Assembly (NCBI RefSeq): GCF_000619805.1
Contig: NZ_JHUV01000009.1
Location: 101,771-165,770, forward strand
Length of the DNA stretch: 64,000 bases
Source: Sulfurihydrogenibium subterraneum DSM 15120
GTDB lineage: Bacteria; Aquificota; Aquificia; Aquificales; Hydrogenothermaceae
Reading direction: 5' to 3'
Numbering within the stretch: the stretch's first letter is position 1; every line of letters starts with the position of its first letter. The notes under the pieces were generated by a model, which was not told where the DNA came from, ran no database searches, and saw only the letters and a program-made list of their open reading frames with translations. The position numbers and the translations under genes were made by a program. Of this stretch, positions 30,840-41,339 are shown in pieces.

Positions 30840-31163
30840 ATGAAGAAGTTAGTATTATCTGCACTTTCAGTTGCAGTAATGGCTGCAGGTTCTTTTGCGG
30901 CTGATGGAAAAGCTCTTTTCCAATCAAAAGGTTGTACAGCTTGCCACCAAGCAGCTGCTGACACTGTAGGACCATCTTTAAAGAAAATAGCTGCTGCTTA
31001 CGCAGGTAAAGAAGCAGATTTAATCAAGTTCTTAAAAGGTGAAGGAAAGGCAATAGTTGACCCTGCAAAAGAAGCTGTAATGAAACCACAAATTAACACA
31101 ACTAAAGCTATGAAAGATGATGAATTAAAAGCATTAGCTCAATTCATGCTTTCTCACAAGTAA
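30840..31163 (+). CDS. class I c-type cytochrome (c552/c555-like) with signal peptide
   Basis: A signal peptide, then GCTACHQ (CxxCH) and a downstream Met ligand region. Confidence 0.85.
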   Translation: MKKLVLSALSVAVMAAGSFAADGKALFQSKGCTACHQAAADTVGPSLKKIAAAYAGKEADLIKFLKGEGKAIVDPAKEAVMKPQINTTKAMKDDELKALAQFMLSHK

Positions 31164-31170
31164 TCTGCTA

Positions 31171-31196
31171 AAAGGGGGATATTTCCCCCTTTTTAT
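31171..31196 (+). terminator. rho-independent terminator after the first cytochrome c gene
   Basis: AAGGGGGATATTTCCCCCTT hairpin followed by TTTTAT. Confidence 0.7.
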
Positions 31197-31202
31197 CCTA
31201 AA

Positions 31203-31568
31203 ATGAAGGTTATATACAGTTTTATTTTAATTGCTCTATTTATTTCTGTATCATATGGTATTGAAGGTAAAGACCTGTATATAAAACATGGCTGTAATGC
31301 CTGCCACGACCCATTTGAAAGAAAAACTGGACCATCTTTCAAAGAAATATTCCAAAGATATGGTACAAGTAAATCAGCAATAGAAAAGGTTGCAAAACTT
31401 ATAATAAAACCAAACCCTTCTAACTGGCCTGGATTTGCTTATATGCCACCTTATAACATCTCTTATCAAGAAGCTCTAAAGTTAGCTGAGTATGTTTTAA
31501 TACATTCTCAAAAAGAAAAACAGATAAAAAAACAGGAAGGTTCACTTCCTGAAAGTGAAGCTTTTTAA
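31203..31568 (+). CDS. second monohaem c-type cytochrome
   Basis: An N-terminal hydrophobic signal/anchor, then GCNACHD (CxxCH). Confidence 0.75.
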   Translation: MKVIYSFILIALFISVSYGIEGKDLYIKHGCNACHDPFERKTGPSFKEIFQRYGTSKSAIEKVAKLIIKPNPSNWPGFAYMPPYNISYQEALKLAEYVLIHSQKEKQIKKQEGSLPESEAF

Positions 31569-32437
31569 GAATCTTTATTTTCTATCTTAGAATGTTTTAA
31601 AAGGTCTAATAATTCCACTGGTAAGGGTAAAAGTATAGTGTTTGAGCTGTACTGACCTACTGTTGATATTGTTTCTAAGTATCTGAGCTGAATTGCCAAT
31701 GGATGTTTTGCAAGGAGTTCTGCAGCTTCAGTAAGTTTTTGTGCAGCTTGATACTCTGCTTCTGCTTGTATGATTTTTGCTCTTCTTTCTCTCTCAGCTT
31801 CTGCTTGTCTGGCTATCGCTCTTTTTAACTCTTCTGTAATGTCTATTCTTTTTAACTCTACAGCTACAACCTTAACACCCCACTGGTCTGTTTCTTGGTC
31901 TATTATCTCTTGTAATTTTGCGTTTATTTTATCTCTTTGAGATAACAGTTCGTCAAACTCTGCCTGACCGCATACACTTCTTAAAGTTGTTTGAGATATT
32001 TGAGATGTTGCATAAAGATAGTTTTCTACGTTAACTACTGCTTTTACTGGGTCTATGACTTTAAAATATACTACCGCATCAACTTGCACAGATACGTTAT
32101 CTTTTGTAATTACATCTTGAGTAGGAACATCCATTGTTACTACTCTTAAGTCAACTTTAACCATTTTGTCTATAAATGGAATAAGTATAAATAACCCCGG
32201 CCCTTTTGCTTTGCCTAAGACTCTTCCAAGTCTAAATATAACAGCTCTTTCATACTCATTTACAATCTTAACAGATGTAGCTATAAATATTATCAATAGA
32301 ACGACTAAAACCGGTATAAAACCTGCCATAGCAATCACACCTCCAAATTCAGATAAAAAAGATAAAATATTTTCCAATCCTATTATTGATGCTATAAAAA
32401 TAATTCCAAAAACTAAAAAAGCAATTAAATCTTTCAT
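31565..32437 (-). CDS. SPFH/band-7 (stomatin/prohibitin-like) membrane protein
   Basis: N-terminal TM segments followed by an SPFH domain ([12 protein letters not shown]...) and a coiled-coil C-terminus. Confidence 0.85.
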   Translation of the reverse strand: MKDLIAFLVFGIIFIASIIGLENILSFLSEFGGVIAMAGFIPVLVVLLIIFIATSVKIVNEYERAVIFRLGRVLGKAKGPGLFILIPFIDKMVKVDLRVVTMDVPTQDVITKDNVSVQVDAVVYFKVIDPVKAVVNVENYLYATSQISQTTLRSVCGQAEFDELLSQRDKINAKLQEIIDQETDQWGVKVVAVELKRIDITEELKRAIARQAEAERERRAKIIQAEAEYQAAQKLTEAAELLAKHPLAIQLRYLETISTVGQYSSNTILLPLPVELLDLLKHSKIENKDS

Positions 32438-32754
32438 TTTTGTGCTACTATTTCTTCAATCCAATTTAAGTAATCCTCTGACCCATCTACAATTGGAAGG
32501 GCTATTATTTCAGGAACTGTATAACTATGGAGTTTTTTTACTTCTTCTTTTAACTTTCCGAAAAGGTCTTTTTTTGTCTTTATTACCATCAATGATTCAT
32601 CATAATTTTCTATATTTCCTTTCCAGAAGAATGTTGAGTTAACTTTTTCAACAATATTAACACATGCTGCTAATTTATTTTCAATCAAATGATTAGCTAT
32701 CTTTTTTGCTTCTTCAAAAGAAGAGGTAGTTATTAAAACAACTATGTAGCTCAT
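32434..32754 (-). CDS. cutA: divalent-cation tolerance protein CutA
   Basis: 106 aa with the CutA1 signature (KLAACVNI...). Confidence 0.85.
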   Translation of the reverse strand: MSYIVVLITTSSFEEAKKIANHLIENKLAACVNIVEKVNSTFFWKGNIENYDESLMVIKTKKDLFGKLKEEVKKLHSYTVPEIIALPIVDGSEDYLNWIEEIVAQK

Positions 32755-32769
32755 CTTAAAACCCCTTTT

Positions 32770-33657
32770 TTAATCTATAAATCTTTTTGTTATGTCATGA
32801 TAGCTGTCTATTCTTCTATCTCTGAAAAACGGCCAAGTTGTTCTTACAGAGTCTATTATAGATAAATCTATCTCACAAATCAACTCTTCTTCTATATCAG
32901 TTGACCCTTTTAATATAAGCTCTCCGTAAGGGTTTGATACAAAACTCTGTCCCCAAAACTCTATTCCTTCTTTTCCGTCTGGACTGGCTTCAAATCCTAC
33001 TCTGTTTACTGCTACTACGTAGCAACCGTTTGCAACTGCGTGTCCTCTTTGAACTGTTTCCCATGCGTTGTACTGCTGTTTTCCAAATTGGTCTTTTTCT
33101 GAAGGAAGCCAACCTATGGCCGTAGGATAAAATATTATCTTTGCACCTGATAAGGCTGTTAACCTTGCAGCTTCTGGATACCACTGATCCCAGCATATTA
33201 AAACTCCAATGTCCGAGTACTTTGTTCTAAAAGTTTTGTATCCTAAATCTCCGGGAGTAAAGTAAAACTTTTCGTAAAAGTGAGGGTCGTCTGGAATGTG
33301 CATCTTTCTGTACTTTCCTAAATATCTACCATCTGCATCTATTACCACTGCGGTGTTATGATAGATTCCATCTGATCTTTTTTCAAACAGTGAAGCTATA
33401 ATCACGACGTTGTTGTCCTTTGCAACTTTCTGTAAGGTTTTTACTGTAGGACTTTCTTCATTTACCGTTTCAGCAAGTCTAAAGTAATCCCAATCTTCTA
33501 CTTGACAGAAGTACTTTGACTTAAAAAGCTCTTGGGTAGATACTATATTAGCTCCACTTTTTGCTAAGGATTTAATTTTTTCTATTGTTTTTTCAAAGTT
33601 TTCGTTTAAATCATCACTACAGCTCATCTGAATAAGTCCAACATTTACCTTATCCAT
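32770..33657 (-). CDS. carbon-nitrogen hydrolase (nitrilase superfamily), N-carbamoylputrescine amidase-like
   Basis: N-terminal VGLIQMSC, a catalytic E-K-C triad context (..TQELF.., ..VLICWDQWYPE..). Confidence 0.8.
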   Translation of the reverse strand: MDKVNVGLIQMSCSDDLNENFEKTIEKIKSLAKSGANIVSTQELFKSKYFCQVEDWDYFRLAETVNEESPTVKTLQKVAKDNNVVIIASLFEKRSDGIYHNTAVVIDADGRYLGKYRKMHIPDDPHFYEKFYFTPGDLGYKTFRTKYSDIGVLICWDQWYPEAARLTALSGAKIIFYPTAIGWLPSEKDQFGKQQYNAWETVQRGHAVANGCYVVAVNRVGFEASPDGKEGIEFWGQSFVSNPYGELILKGSTDIEEELICEIDLSIIDSVRTTWPFFRDRRIDSYHDITKRFID

Positions 33658-33713
33658 ATTTCACCTCAAAAAGTTTTATAATATTTTAACTATTTTTCTT
33701 AGGAGATAAATCA

Positions 33714-35078
33714 TTGTTTATAGGTAAAGTTAGGAAAATCCACTTTATAGGTATTGGCGGCTCTGGAATGAACGGAATTGCAGAGCTCCTTCTAAATCAA
33801 GGTTATACAATTTCAGGAAGTGATTTAAAAGAGTCTTATACAACTCAACGATTAAGAGAGTTAGGAGCAAAAGTATATATAGGGCACAGTGAAGAAAATG
33901 TTAAAGATGTTGATGTTGTTGTATACTCTTCTGCTGTAAAATCAGACAATCCAGAGTTAAAAAAGGCAAAGGAGCTTGGTATCCCTACTATTCCAAGGGG
34001 AGAGATGCTTGCAGAGTTGATGAGATTTAAATACGGAATAGCTATAGCAGGTTCTCACGGAAAAACTACCACCACGTCAATGGTAGGAACAGTTTTAGGG
34101 AAAACAGGTTTTGACCCTACAGTAGTTATAGGTGGAAAGTTAGAGGCATACGGAAGTAATGCAAAGTTAGGAAGAGGAGAGTTTTTAGTAGCTGAATCTG
34201 ACGAAAGTGATGGGTCTTTTTTAAAACTTACACCTACAATCGTATCGATTAACAACATAGATTTAGAGCATCTTGGATTTTATAAAGACTTGGAAGATAT
34301 AAAAAACGCTTTTGTAGAGTTTGCCAATAAAGTCCCTTTTTATGGGTCTGTTGTTGTTAATATTGATGATGAGAATGTAAAAAGTATAATTCCAAGGATA
34401 GAAAGAAAAGTCATAAAGTTTGGTCTTTCTGAAGATGCAGAAATAAGAGGCTATGACTTAAGACTTATAAAGGGAAGGTATAAGTTTAAAGTTAACGATT
34501 TTGGAGAGATACATCTATCAATCCCTGGTATCCACAACGTCTATAATGCTCTTGCTACTATTGCTATCTGTAATGAGCTTGGAGTTCCTTTCTGTGTGAT
34601 AAAAGAGTCTTTGGAAAACTTTAAAAATGCAAAAAGAAGATTTGAGATTAAATACAGTAATGAAATTTTGGTAATAGACGATTATGCACACCATCCTACA
34701 GAGATAAAAGCAACTCTCTCAGCTGCCAGAGATATGTATGGTCAAAACCGTATAGTATCAGTCTTTCAACCTCACAGATACAGTAGAGTTCATTCTTTGT
34801 TTGAAGAGTTTGTAGAGTCTTTTGACATACCAGATATTGTAATAATCACAGATATATACTCTGCAGGAGAAAGTCCAATAGAAGGTGTATCAGGAGAGAT
34901 ACTGGCAGACAAGATAAGAGAAAGAAGAGATAACGTCTTTTATGTAAAAGATATAAACGAAGCTGAAAGTTTATTAAAAAGTATCCTAAAAAACGGCGAT
35001 GTTGTTTTAACGATGGGAGCTGGAAATATTACACAACTTAGTGATAATCTTGCAAGGTACTTAGAGGAAAAACATTAA
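33714..35078 (+). CDS. murC: UDP-N-acetylmuramate--L-alanine ligase
   Basis: IHFIGIGGSGMNGIAELL N-terminal Rossmann motif and a Mur ligase central P-loop GSHGKTTTT. Confidence 0.95.
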   Translation: MFIGKVRKIHFIGIGGSGMNGIAELLLNQGYTISGSDLKESYTTQRLRELGAKVYIGHSEENVKDVDVVVYSSAVKSDNPELKKAKELGIPTIPRGEMLAELMRFKYGIAIAGSHGKTTTTSMVGTVLGKTGFDPTVVIGGKLEAYGSNAKLGRGEFLVAESDESDGSFLKLTPTIVSINNIDLEHLGFYKDLEDIKNAFVEFANKVPFYGSVVVNIDDENVKSIIPRIERKVIKFGLSEDAEIRGYDLRLIKGRYKFKVNDFGEIHLSIPGIHNVYNALATIAICNELGVPFCVIKESLENFKNAKRRFEIKYSNEILVIDDYAHHPTEIKATLSAARDMYGQNRIVSVFQPHRYSRVHSLFEEFVESFDIPDIVIITDIYSAGESPIEGVSGEILADKIRERRDNVFYVKDINEAESLLKSILKNGDVVLTMGAGNITQLSDNLARYLEEKH

Positions 35079-35080
35079 AA

Positions 35081-36433
35081 ATGTTAAACAAAAGATTTGT
35101 TGACTATAACAATATGTCTCTTCTTACAGACCTTTACGAGCTTACTATGGCTCAGGTCTACTTTGAAAAAGGTATCAATAAGACATCTGTATTTAATTTT
35201 TTTATAAGACCTACAACAAAAAGAAATTATTTTTTATTCACAGGATTAGACCTATTGATAGATTATCTGCTGAATATAAAGTTTACAGATGAAAATATAG
35301 AGTTTTTAAGGTCAACAGGTAAGTTTAAGGAAGATTTTTTAAATTACCTAAAAAATTTTAAATTTACAGGAAACCTATACTCTGTAGATGAAGGAAAAAT
35401 CGTATTTGCAAACGAGCCGATAGTTCAAGTAGAAGCTCCTATTATAGAGGCTCAAATAATAGAAACTTTTTTAATAAACACTCTGCAAATATCCATTTTA
35501 GTAGGAACAAAGGCTTTAAGATGTTATAGTGTGGCTCCAGATAAGATTTTAATAGATTTTGGACTTAGAAGAGCTCACGGAACAGATGCAGGAATGATTG
35601 CAGCAAGAAGCAGTTATATAGCTGGATTTGCTGGAACGTCAAACGTACTTGCAGGTAAGATTTTTAGAATACCAATCTATGGAACGATGGCACACTCTTT
35701 TGTAATGGCACACGACAGTGAAGAAAAAGCATTTGAAAATTTTGCATCTGTTTATCCAGAAAATACAATATTTTTAGTAGATACTTACGACACTATAGAA
35801 GGTGTTAAAAATGCCATAAAAGTAGCAAAGAAAAAAGGTATAAGGATAAAGGGAATAAGGTTAGATAGCGGAGATTTGCTGAACCTTTCAAAAGAAGCAA
35901 GAAAACTTTTAGATGTTAACGGTTTTAGAGATGCAATAATCTTTGCAAGTGGAGGGATTAACGAGTATAAGATAAAAGACCTTGTAGATAAAAGAGCTCC
36001 TATAGATGGTTATGGAGTAGGAACTGAATTGGTCGTAAGTGCAGACCTTCCTTACTTAGACTGTGCTTATAAACTTGTTGAGTATGACGGAAAGCCAAAA
36101 ATGAAGCTCAGTACCAAAAAGATTACCGTTCCCTATAAAAAACAACTCTACAGAATTTTTAGAAATGGAAAGATACTTAAAGATGTAGTAAGCCATTTTG
36201 ATGAGCAGGTAGAAGACGGTGTAAAAATGTTAAAACTTTACATAAAAGATGGAGAGCTTGTTAGAAACAGTCCTTCTATCTCTGAAATAAGAGAAAAAAC
36301 TTTGATAAACTTTAAGACTATACCAGACACTTTTAAATCCATTACTCAGTATATGACAATTAATCCAGAAATATCTCCAAGACTTATGAAAATGGCGGAA
36401 GACTTAAGGAAGTCAATAAAATCAGGAGTTTAA
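35081..36433 (+). CDS. pncB: nicotinate phosphoribosyltransferase
   Basis: N-terminal LLTDLYELTMAQVYF and an NAPRTase family barrel. Confidence 0.9.
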   Translation: MLNKRFVDYNNMSLLTDLYELTMAQVYFEKGINKTSVFNFFIRPTTKRNYFLFTGLDLLIDYLLNIKFTDENIEFLRSTGKFKEDFLNYLKNFKFTGNLYSVDEGKIVFANEPIVQVEAPIIEAQIIETFLINTLQISILVGTKALRCYSVAPDKILIDFGLRRAHGTDAGMIAARSSYIAGFAGTSNVLAGKIFRIPIYGTMAHSFVMAHDSEEKAFENFASVYPENTIFLVDTYDTIEGVKNAIKVAKKKGIRIKGIRLDSGDLLNLSKEARKLLDVNGFRDAIIFASGGINEYKIKDLVDKRAPIDGYGVGTELVVSADLPYLDCAYKLVEYDGKPKMKLSTKKITVPYKKQLYRIFRNGKILKDVVSHFDEQVEDGVKMLKLYIKDGELVRNSPSISEIREKTLINFKTIPDTFKSITQYMTINPEISPRLMKMAEDLRKSIKSGV

Positions 36434-36435
36434 TT

Positions 36436-37275
36436 ATGAAACTAATATACACTTTGATTTTTCTACTTATACTACCATCTTTTGCACAAGTAAACGTTAT
36501 AACCACAATTAAGCCCCTTGCAGACATAGTAAAAGAAATAGGAAAAGAAAGAGTGTCAGTAGATTATTTAATACCTTCCAATGTGAACTTTCATCTTTAT
36601 GAATACAAACCTCAAGATATGAAAAAGGTTTATAAAGCAGATATCTTTATTTTTATTGGCTCAGGAGAACCAAATGTAGATAGTATAGTAAAGTCTCTTC
36701 CAAAAGATAATGTACTAAAAGTTATTGATATAAAAGGAATGTATCTTATAAAGGAAGAAGACCACGACGAAGTTCATCCAGCTGTATGGTTAGACCCTGA
36801 GAATGCAAAAGTTATAGCTAAAGAAGTATCTTTTTTACTTTCTAAAAAAGACCCAAAAAACAGAGAGTTTTATCAAAAAAATGCTCAAAACTTTATAAAA
36901 CAGTGTGATGAGGTTTTAAACTACGGTAAAAGTAAACTCTCAACCCTAAAAAATAAATATTTTGTTTCATATCATTACGAGTTTCCTTACTTTATAAACA
37001 GATTTGGTTTAGTATACTTAGCGGAGATAGAGATAGGACACGGGAGAGAACCTACCCCTAAACATATTTTAGACGTAATTCAAAAAATGAAAAAATACAA
37101 CGTAAAAACGGTCTTTACTTCAAAACAGTTTTACAATCCTAAAACGGTGAAGGTTGTGTTAGATCAAGTAGGTGGAAAGGTTGTTTTCTTAGATACTATG
37201 GGAGAAAAAACCTCCTACATTGAGATGATGAGATTTAACATAGACCAAGTTTACAACGGGCTGGCTACACAATAG
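36436..37275 (+). CDS. metal (Zn/Mn) ABC transporter substrate-binding protein, TroA/ZnuA family
   Basis: A signal peptide and a cluster-9 SBP fold with conserved His residues (HLYEYKPQD, DHDEVHPAVWLDP). Confidence 0.8.
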   Translation: MKLIYTLIFLLILPSFAQVNVITTIKPLADIVKEIGKERVSVDYLIPSNVNFHLYEYKPQDMKKVYKADIFIFIGSGEPNVDSIVKSLPKDNVLKVIDIKGMYLIKEEDHDEVHPAVWLDPENAKVIAKEVSFLLSKKDPKNREFYQKNAQNFIKQCDEVLNYGKSKLSTLKNKYFVSYHYEFPYFINRFGLVYLAEIEIGHGREPTPKHILDVIQKMKKYNVKTVFTSKQFYNPKTVKVVLDQVGGKVVFLDTMGEKTSYIEMMRFNIDQVYNGLATQ

Positions 37276-38185
37276 CCAGCATCTTTTCTAAAGGTATTCT
37301 TGCTTTTTCTATAGTATCTTCATCTAAAACAACTTCATTTATCTCTTTTTCTAACACTTCCAAAACTTTATCAAGTGTATTTTTCTTCATATCACAGCAG
37401 TGAACAGAACCGCAATAGTCTGCAGCTTGAGGGAAAACATAATTTTTGTTAGGATTTTTCTTTTTAAGGTAATGATGAATACCGACTTCCGTACCTATTA
37501 TTACAGTGTCAGCTTCACAGGTTGTAGCGTACTCTATTATCTGAGTTGTACTTCCTACAAAGTCTGCTATCTCTACAGTGTCTGTATTACATTCAGGATG
37601 GACTGCTATTTTAGCGTCAGGATACTGTTTCTTTAATGCTAAAAGAGTTTCTTTTGATAGGTTAAAGTGGGGAGGACAAAAACCTTTCCAAAGTATAAAC
37701 TCTTTTTCTGGAACTTGTTTTGCTACATAGCTTCCTAAAAACTGGTCTGGCACAAATATTATTTTTTTTGCATCTAACGACTTTACAACTTTAACCGCAT
37801 TTCTTGAAGTAACTATTATGTCCGATACTGTTTTTACATCTGCGTTTGTATTTATGTAAGATACTACTACAGCGTCTGGATGTTGCTGTTTTAACTTTTT
37901 TACTCCTTCCACTGTTGCCATATCTGCCATTGGGCAACCACTTTCAGGGTTAGGATGGAGGACTTTCTTTGTAGGGTTTAGTATCTTTGCCGTTTCTGCC
38001 ATAAATCTAACACCGCAGAAAACTATTATGTCAGCATCAGACTTTTGAGCTACTCTTGACAACTCTAAAGAGTCTCCAATGTAATCTGCTATATCCTGTA
38101 TCTCTGGTCTTTGGTAGTAGTGGGCAAGTATAACTGCGTTTTTTTCTTTCTTCAGCTGATTTATTCTTTCTACAATGTTATCCAC
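37265..38185 (-). CDS. nadA: quinolinate synthase
   Basis: VILAHYYQRPEIQDIADYIGDSLELS and three conserved Cys for the [4Fe-4S] cluster. Confidence 0.95.
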   Translation of the reverse strand: MDNIVERINQLKKEKNAVILAHYYQRPEIQDIADYIGDSLELSRVAQKSDADIIVFCGVRFMAETAKILNPTKKVLHPNPESGCPMADMATVEGVKKLKQQHPDAVVVSYINTNADVKTVSDIIVTSRNAVKVVKSLDAKKIIFVPDQFLGSYVAKQVPEKEFILWKGFCPPHFNLSKETLLALKKQYPDAKIAVHPECNTDTVEIADFVGSTTQIIEYATTCEADTVIIGTEVGIHHYLKKKNPNKNYVFPQAADYCGSVHCCDMKKNTLDKVLEVLEKEINEVVLDEDTIEKARIPLEKMLAIV

Positions 38186-38322
38186 TAAACACCCCCATAA
38201 AAATTTGTTAATAATTTATAACACAAGTTGTTTTTATTCAATATAGGAACCGATGATAAAAATCATTTATTTTATGGTTAAATAATTTTAACTTTAAATT
38301 AATGTGTATAATGGAGGTTTGT

Positions 38323-38793
38323 ATGAGAAGATTTTTAATTTTACTGCTTGTAATCTTTGGATTTTCTTTTGGAGAGATGAAAGCTCCAGAATTTAGTTTA
38401 AAAGATGAAGATGGAAAAGTTGTAAAACTTTCAGACTTAAAAGATAGTGTAGTTTTACTAAACTTTTGGGCAACTACCTGCCACTCTTGTAGAAAAGAGC
38501 TTCCAGAGTTAGAAAAGTTGTATCAGCAGTATAAAGATAAAGTAAAGTTTTACGCTATTGTGATAGATACAGAAGACCCTCAAAAAATTAAAAAAGCTAA
38601 AAAAGAGATAGGCTTTTCTTTTCCTGTTTTAATCGGTAATTACCAAGTTATGGAAAAGTATAGAATTATAGGTACTCCTATAACCTACATTTTAGGTAAA
38701 GATAACACAATAGGAAAGATTTTTATAGGACCACAACCGATAGAAAAAATAAAAGAGGCAATAGATAAACAACTTCAAAAACAAGGAGCGTAA
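38323..38793 (+). CDS. thioredoxin-fold thiol:disulfide oxidoreductase (TlpA/ResA-like), secreted
   Basis: A signal peptide and WATTCHSC (CxxC) in a redoxin fold. The likely start is the ATG at 38323, preceded by GGAGG. Confidence 0.75.
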   Translation: MRRFLILLLVIFGFSFGEMKAPEFSLKDEDGKVVKLSDLKDSVVLLNFWATTCHSCRKELPELEKLYQQYKDKVKFYAIVIDTEDPQKIKKAKKEIGFSFPVLIGNYQVMEKYRIIGTPITYILGKDNTIGKIFIGPQPIEKIKEAIDKQLQKQGA

Positions 38794-38795
38794 AG

Positions 38796-39644
38796 ATGGA
38801 AAATATAACACTATGGGCTGCATTTTTAGGAGGGATACTTGCATTTTTATCTCCTTGCGTCCTTCCTATAATACCTGGATATATCGCTTACATATCTGGC
38901 GTATCTGCAACCTCTGTTGATACAGAAAAAAAGATAGACTGGCAAACAGTAATATCAGCTGTAGCTTTTGTTTTAGGATTTTCTATTGTATTTACTCTAC
39001 TTGGAGCTGCATCTACTTTTGTAGGTCAGTTTCTGCAAGAGTATAAATCTGTTATATCAAAGATTGCTGCAATTGTTGTAATACTTTTAGGTATTCACTT
39101 TACAGGAGTTTTACAGTCAGCCAAAGCTAAAGTATTTGTTTTATCAATAGGTGGGTTGTCTTTACTGTACTACCTTTATGAAATAATATCGTTAAAACAG
39201 TATTTTAGTACAGGGTTTTTTATTTTTCTACTTGGATTATCTTTGGTTGTATTTTATTTTTCAGGAGCTTACAGAATTCTGTATGAACAGAAAACAACGG
39301 AAGTAAGGAAAAAACCACCAGGTCCAATTGGAGCTTTTTTAGTAGGACTTGCCTTTGCTTTAGGATGGACTCCTTGTATAGGACCTATTTTAGGTGCTAT
39401 ACTACTTGTTGCTTCTCAGCAGGAGACAGTAAACCAAGGAATGCTCCTTCTATTTGCTTTCTCTATGGGATTAGGTATACCATTTGTACTAACTGCAGCT
39501 GCTATAAATCTATTTTTTAAGTTTTTTGCAGTAGTAAGAAAATACTTTTTATTTATTGAGGTTGCAGGAGGAATACTTCTTATCCTTATAGGCATTCTTT
39601 TAATGACAGGAAACTTTGAGAAAATATCATCAATGCTCGGTTAA
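38796..39644 (+). CDS. ccdA: cytochrome c-type biogenesis protein CcdA (DsbD-family thiol-disulfide transporter)
   Basis: Polytopic protein with conserved Cys in TM1 and TM4 (LSPCVLPIIPGY..., GWTPCIGPILG). Confidence 0.85.
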   Translation: MENITLWAAFLGGILAFLSPCVLPIIPGYIAYISGVSATSVDTEKKIDWQTVISAVAFVLGFSIVFTLLGAASTFVGQFLQEYKSVISKIAAIVVILLGIHFTGVLQSAKAKVFVLSIGGLSLLYYLYEIISLKQYFSTGFFIFLLGLSLVVFYFSGAYRILYEQKTTEVRKKPPGPIGAFLVGLAFALGWTPCIGPILGAILLVASQQETVNQGMLLLFAFSMGLGIPFVLTAAAINLFFKFFAVVRKYFLFIEVAGGILLILIGILLMTGNFEKISSMLG

Positions 39645-39676
39645 TGCTATAATAGAATAAAAAAACCGAGGTGTTG

Positions 39677-40942
39677 ATGGCTAACGTTTCTACAAAGAAA
39701 GTTGCCCTATCTGGAATGGTGGGCAACATCTTAGAGTGGTACGATTTTACACTTTACGGTTATTTAGCGGTTATTCTATCAAAACTTTTTTTTCCTTCTG
39801 ATAACGAGGTTGTATCCTTGCTTGCATCTTTTGGAGCTTTTGCAGTTGGTTTTTTCTTTAGACCTTTAGGCTCTGTTATTCTTGGTTATATAGGTGATAA
39901 GTACGGTAGAAAAAAAGCTTTAATTATCTCTATATTCTTAATGGCTTTTCCTACCTTTTTTATAGGACTGCTTCCTACCTACAACGATATTGGTATTTTA
40001 GCTCCCATACTTCTTATAATCCTAAGAATACTTCAAGGTATATCTACAGGAGGAGAGTACACAACTTCTGTCTCATTTGTTGTAGAGCATTCTCCTGATG
40101 AAAAGAGAGGATTTTACGGCAGTATAAATCTGCTTGGAGCTGTAATAGGTATAATGTTTGGGTCTTTGATGGGAGCTTTTCTCACTTCTGTTTTTGATAA
40201 AGAGAGTTTAGAAGCTTTTGGATGGAGGATAGGTTTTCTGTTTGGTATAGTCCTTGCGTTTGTAGGTATTTTTCTTAGAAGAAAGGCTGAAGAAACTCCA
40301 ATATTTTTAGCCATTGAAGAAGAAAATAAAACAAAAAATCCACTTTTAAAGACGTTTATTCATCATCCAAAAGAATTTTTAACGTCGATTATTTATAGCT
40401 CCTTACAAGGTGTTGCCTTTTTTCTACTGTTTGTTTACTTACCAACCTATTATCAGAAAGTGTTGAACATAAAACCTTCTACAGCTTTATTTATAAACAG
40501 TCTTGCAATGTTTGTTTTAATTCTAATGATACCTATAATGGCTTACTTTTCTGATAAAGTAGGTAGAAAACCGTTTTTATTGGTCTCAACTTTCTTTTAC
40601 AGCGTTTCTTCAGTCTTTTTGTTTAAATTAATACTTACTGGAGATATTACAAAAATCATAGTAGCACATGTTTTATTTGCTGTAATATCTTCAGGATTTA
40701 TGGCTATACTTCCTACTTTCTTAATAGAAACTTTTCCTGCTGACGTTAGGAATACAGCATTTTCTGTAGGATACAATATAGCACTTGGTATATTTGGCGG
40801 GACTGTTCCTTTGGTTGCAACTTATTTAATATCTAAAACACAAAATCCATTATCTCCGTCTTTTTACCTTTCTGCTGTTGCATTTATTGTATTTATTACT
40901 ACATTGTTTATAAAAGAGACTAAAAACAAACCACTTTATTAA
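39677..40942 (+). CDS. MFS transporter, metabolite:H+ symporter (MHS) family
   Basis: ILEWYDFTLYGYLA..., GRKKALIISI, and 12 TM segments. Confidence 0.8.
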   Translation: MANVSTKKVALSGMVGNILEWYDFTLYGYLAVILSKLFFPSDNEVVSLLASFGAFAVGFFFRPLGSVILGYIGDKYGRKKALIISIFLMAFPTFFIGLLPTYNDIGILAPILLIILRILQGISTGGEYTTSVSFVVEHSPDEKRGFYGSINLLGAVIGIMFGSLMGAFLTSVFDKESLEAFGWRIGFLFGIVLAFVGIFLRRKAEETPIFLAIEEENKTKNPLLKTFIHHPKEFLTSIIYSSLQGVAFFLLFVYLPTYYQKVLNIKPSTALFINSLAMFVLILMIPIMAYFSDKVGRKPFLLVSTFFYSVSSVFLFKLILTGDITKIIVAHVLFAVISSGFMAILPTFLIETFPADVRNTAFSVGYNIALGIFGGTVPLVATYLISKTQNPLSPSFYLSAVAFIVFITTLFIKETKNKPLY

Positions 40943-40946
40943 GGAG

Positions 40947-41339
40947 TTGTATATGGCTAAGGTTGTAAAATTTAACTTTGAAGATTTACAAGAAAATACT
41001 ACAACAGAAGATAAACAGCAGGAAACTCCTCAGCAAGATGAAAAAGATCTTATAAGACAAGCTTTAGAAGACCATGTACTTTCAAACTTTGCCGTAAAAA
41101 CTATACTAGGAATGAACTTTGTATATAAAGTCAATAAAAACGACGTAGGAGTTATAGGACAACTTGCTTACGAGCACAAAAGAAGACCTGGGGTGTTTGT
41201 TGCAGATTACATAGCAAAAGGATATAAACAAAAAGACAAGTATATAATAGACAGTCTTGCATTTGAACTAGGAGAACCAGAATTTTATAAACAGATCTTT
41301 AACATTCTAAAAGCTAAAAAGGCTCTTCCAGAGTTATAA
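40947..41339 (+). CDS. hypothetical protein (130 aa) whose stop codon abuts the right end of the TnpB element
   Basis: ORF with an acidic, Q-rich N-terminus and no motif. The stop TAA at 41337-41339 is immediately followed by the element's terminal hairpin. Confidence 0.4.
   Translation: MYMAKVVKFNFEDLQENTTTEDKQQETPQQDEKDLIRQALEDHVLSNFAVKTILGMNFVYKVNKNDVGVIGQLAYEHKRRPGVFVADYIAKGYKQKDKYIIDSLAFELGEPEFYKQIFNILKAKKALPEL

Noticed and set aside
30840-31568. Tandem cytochrome c genes as a recent duplication.
   Set aside because: The two proteins share only the CxxCH context and differ in their signal and anchor regions, so they are more likely distinct monohaem cytochromes than a fresh duplicate.
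32166-32642. 158-aa plus-strand ORF.
   Set aside because: It lies antisense within the SPFH and cutA genes, both of which have strong protein signatures. It is an AT-rich frame artefact.
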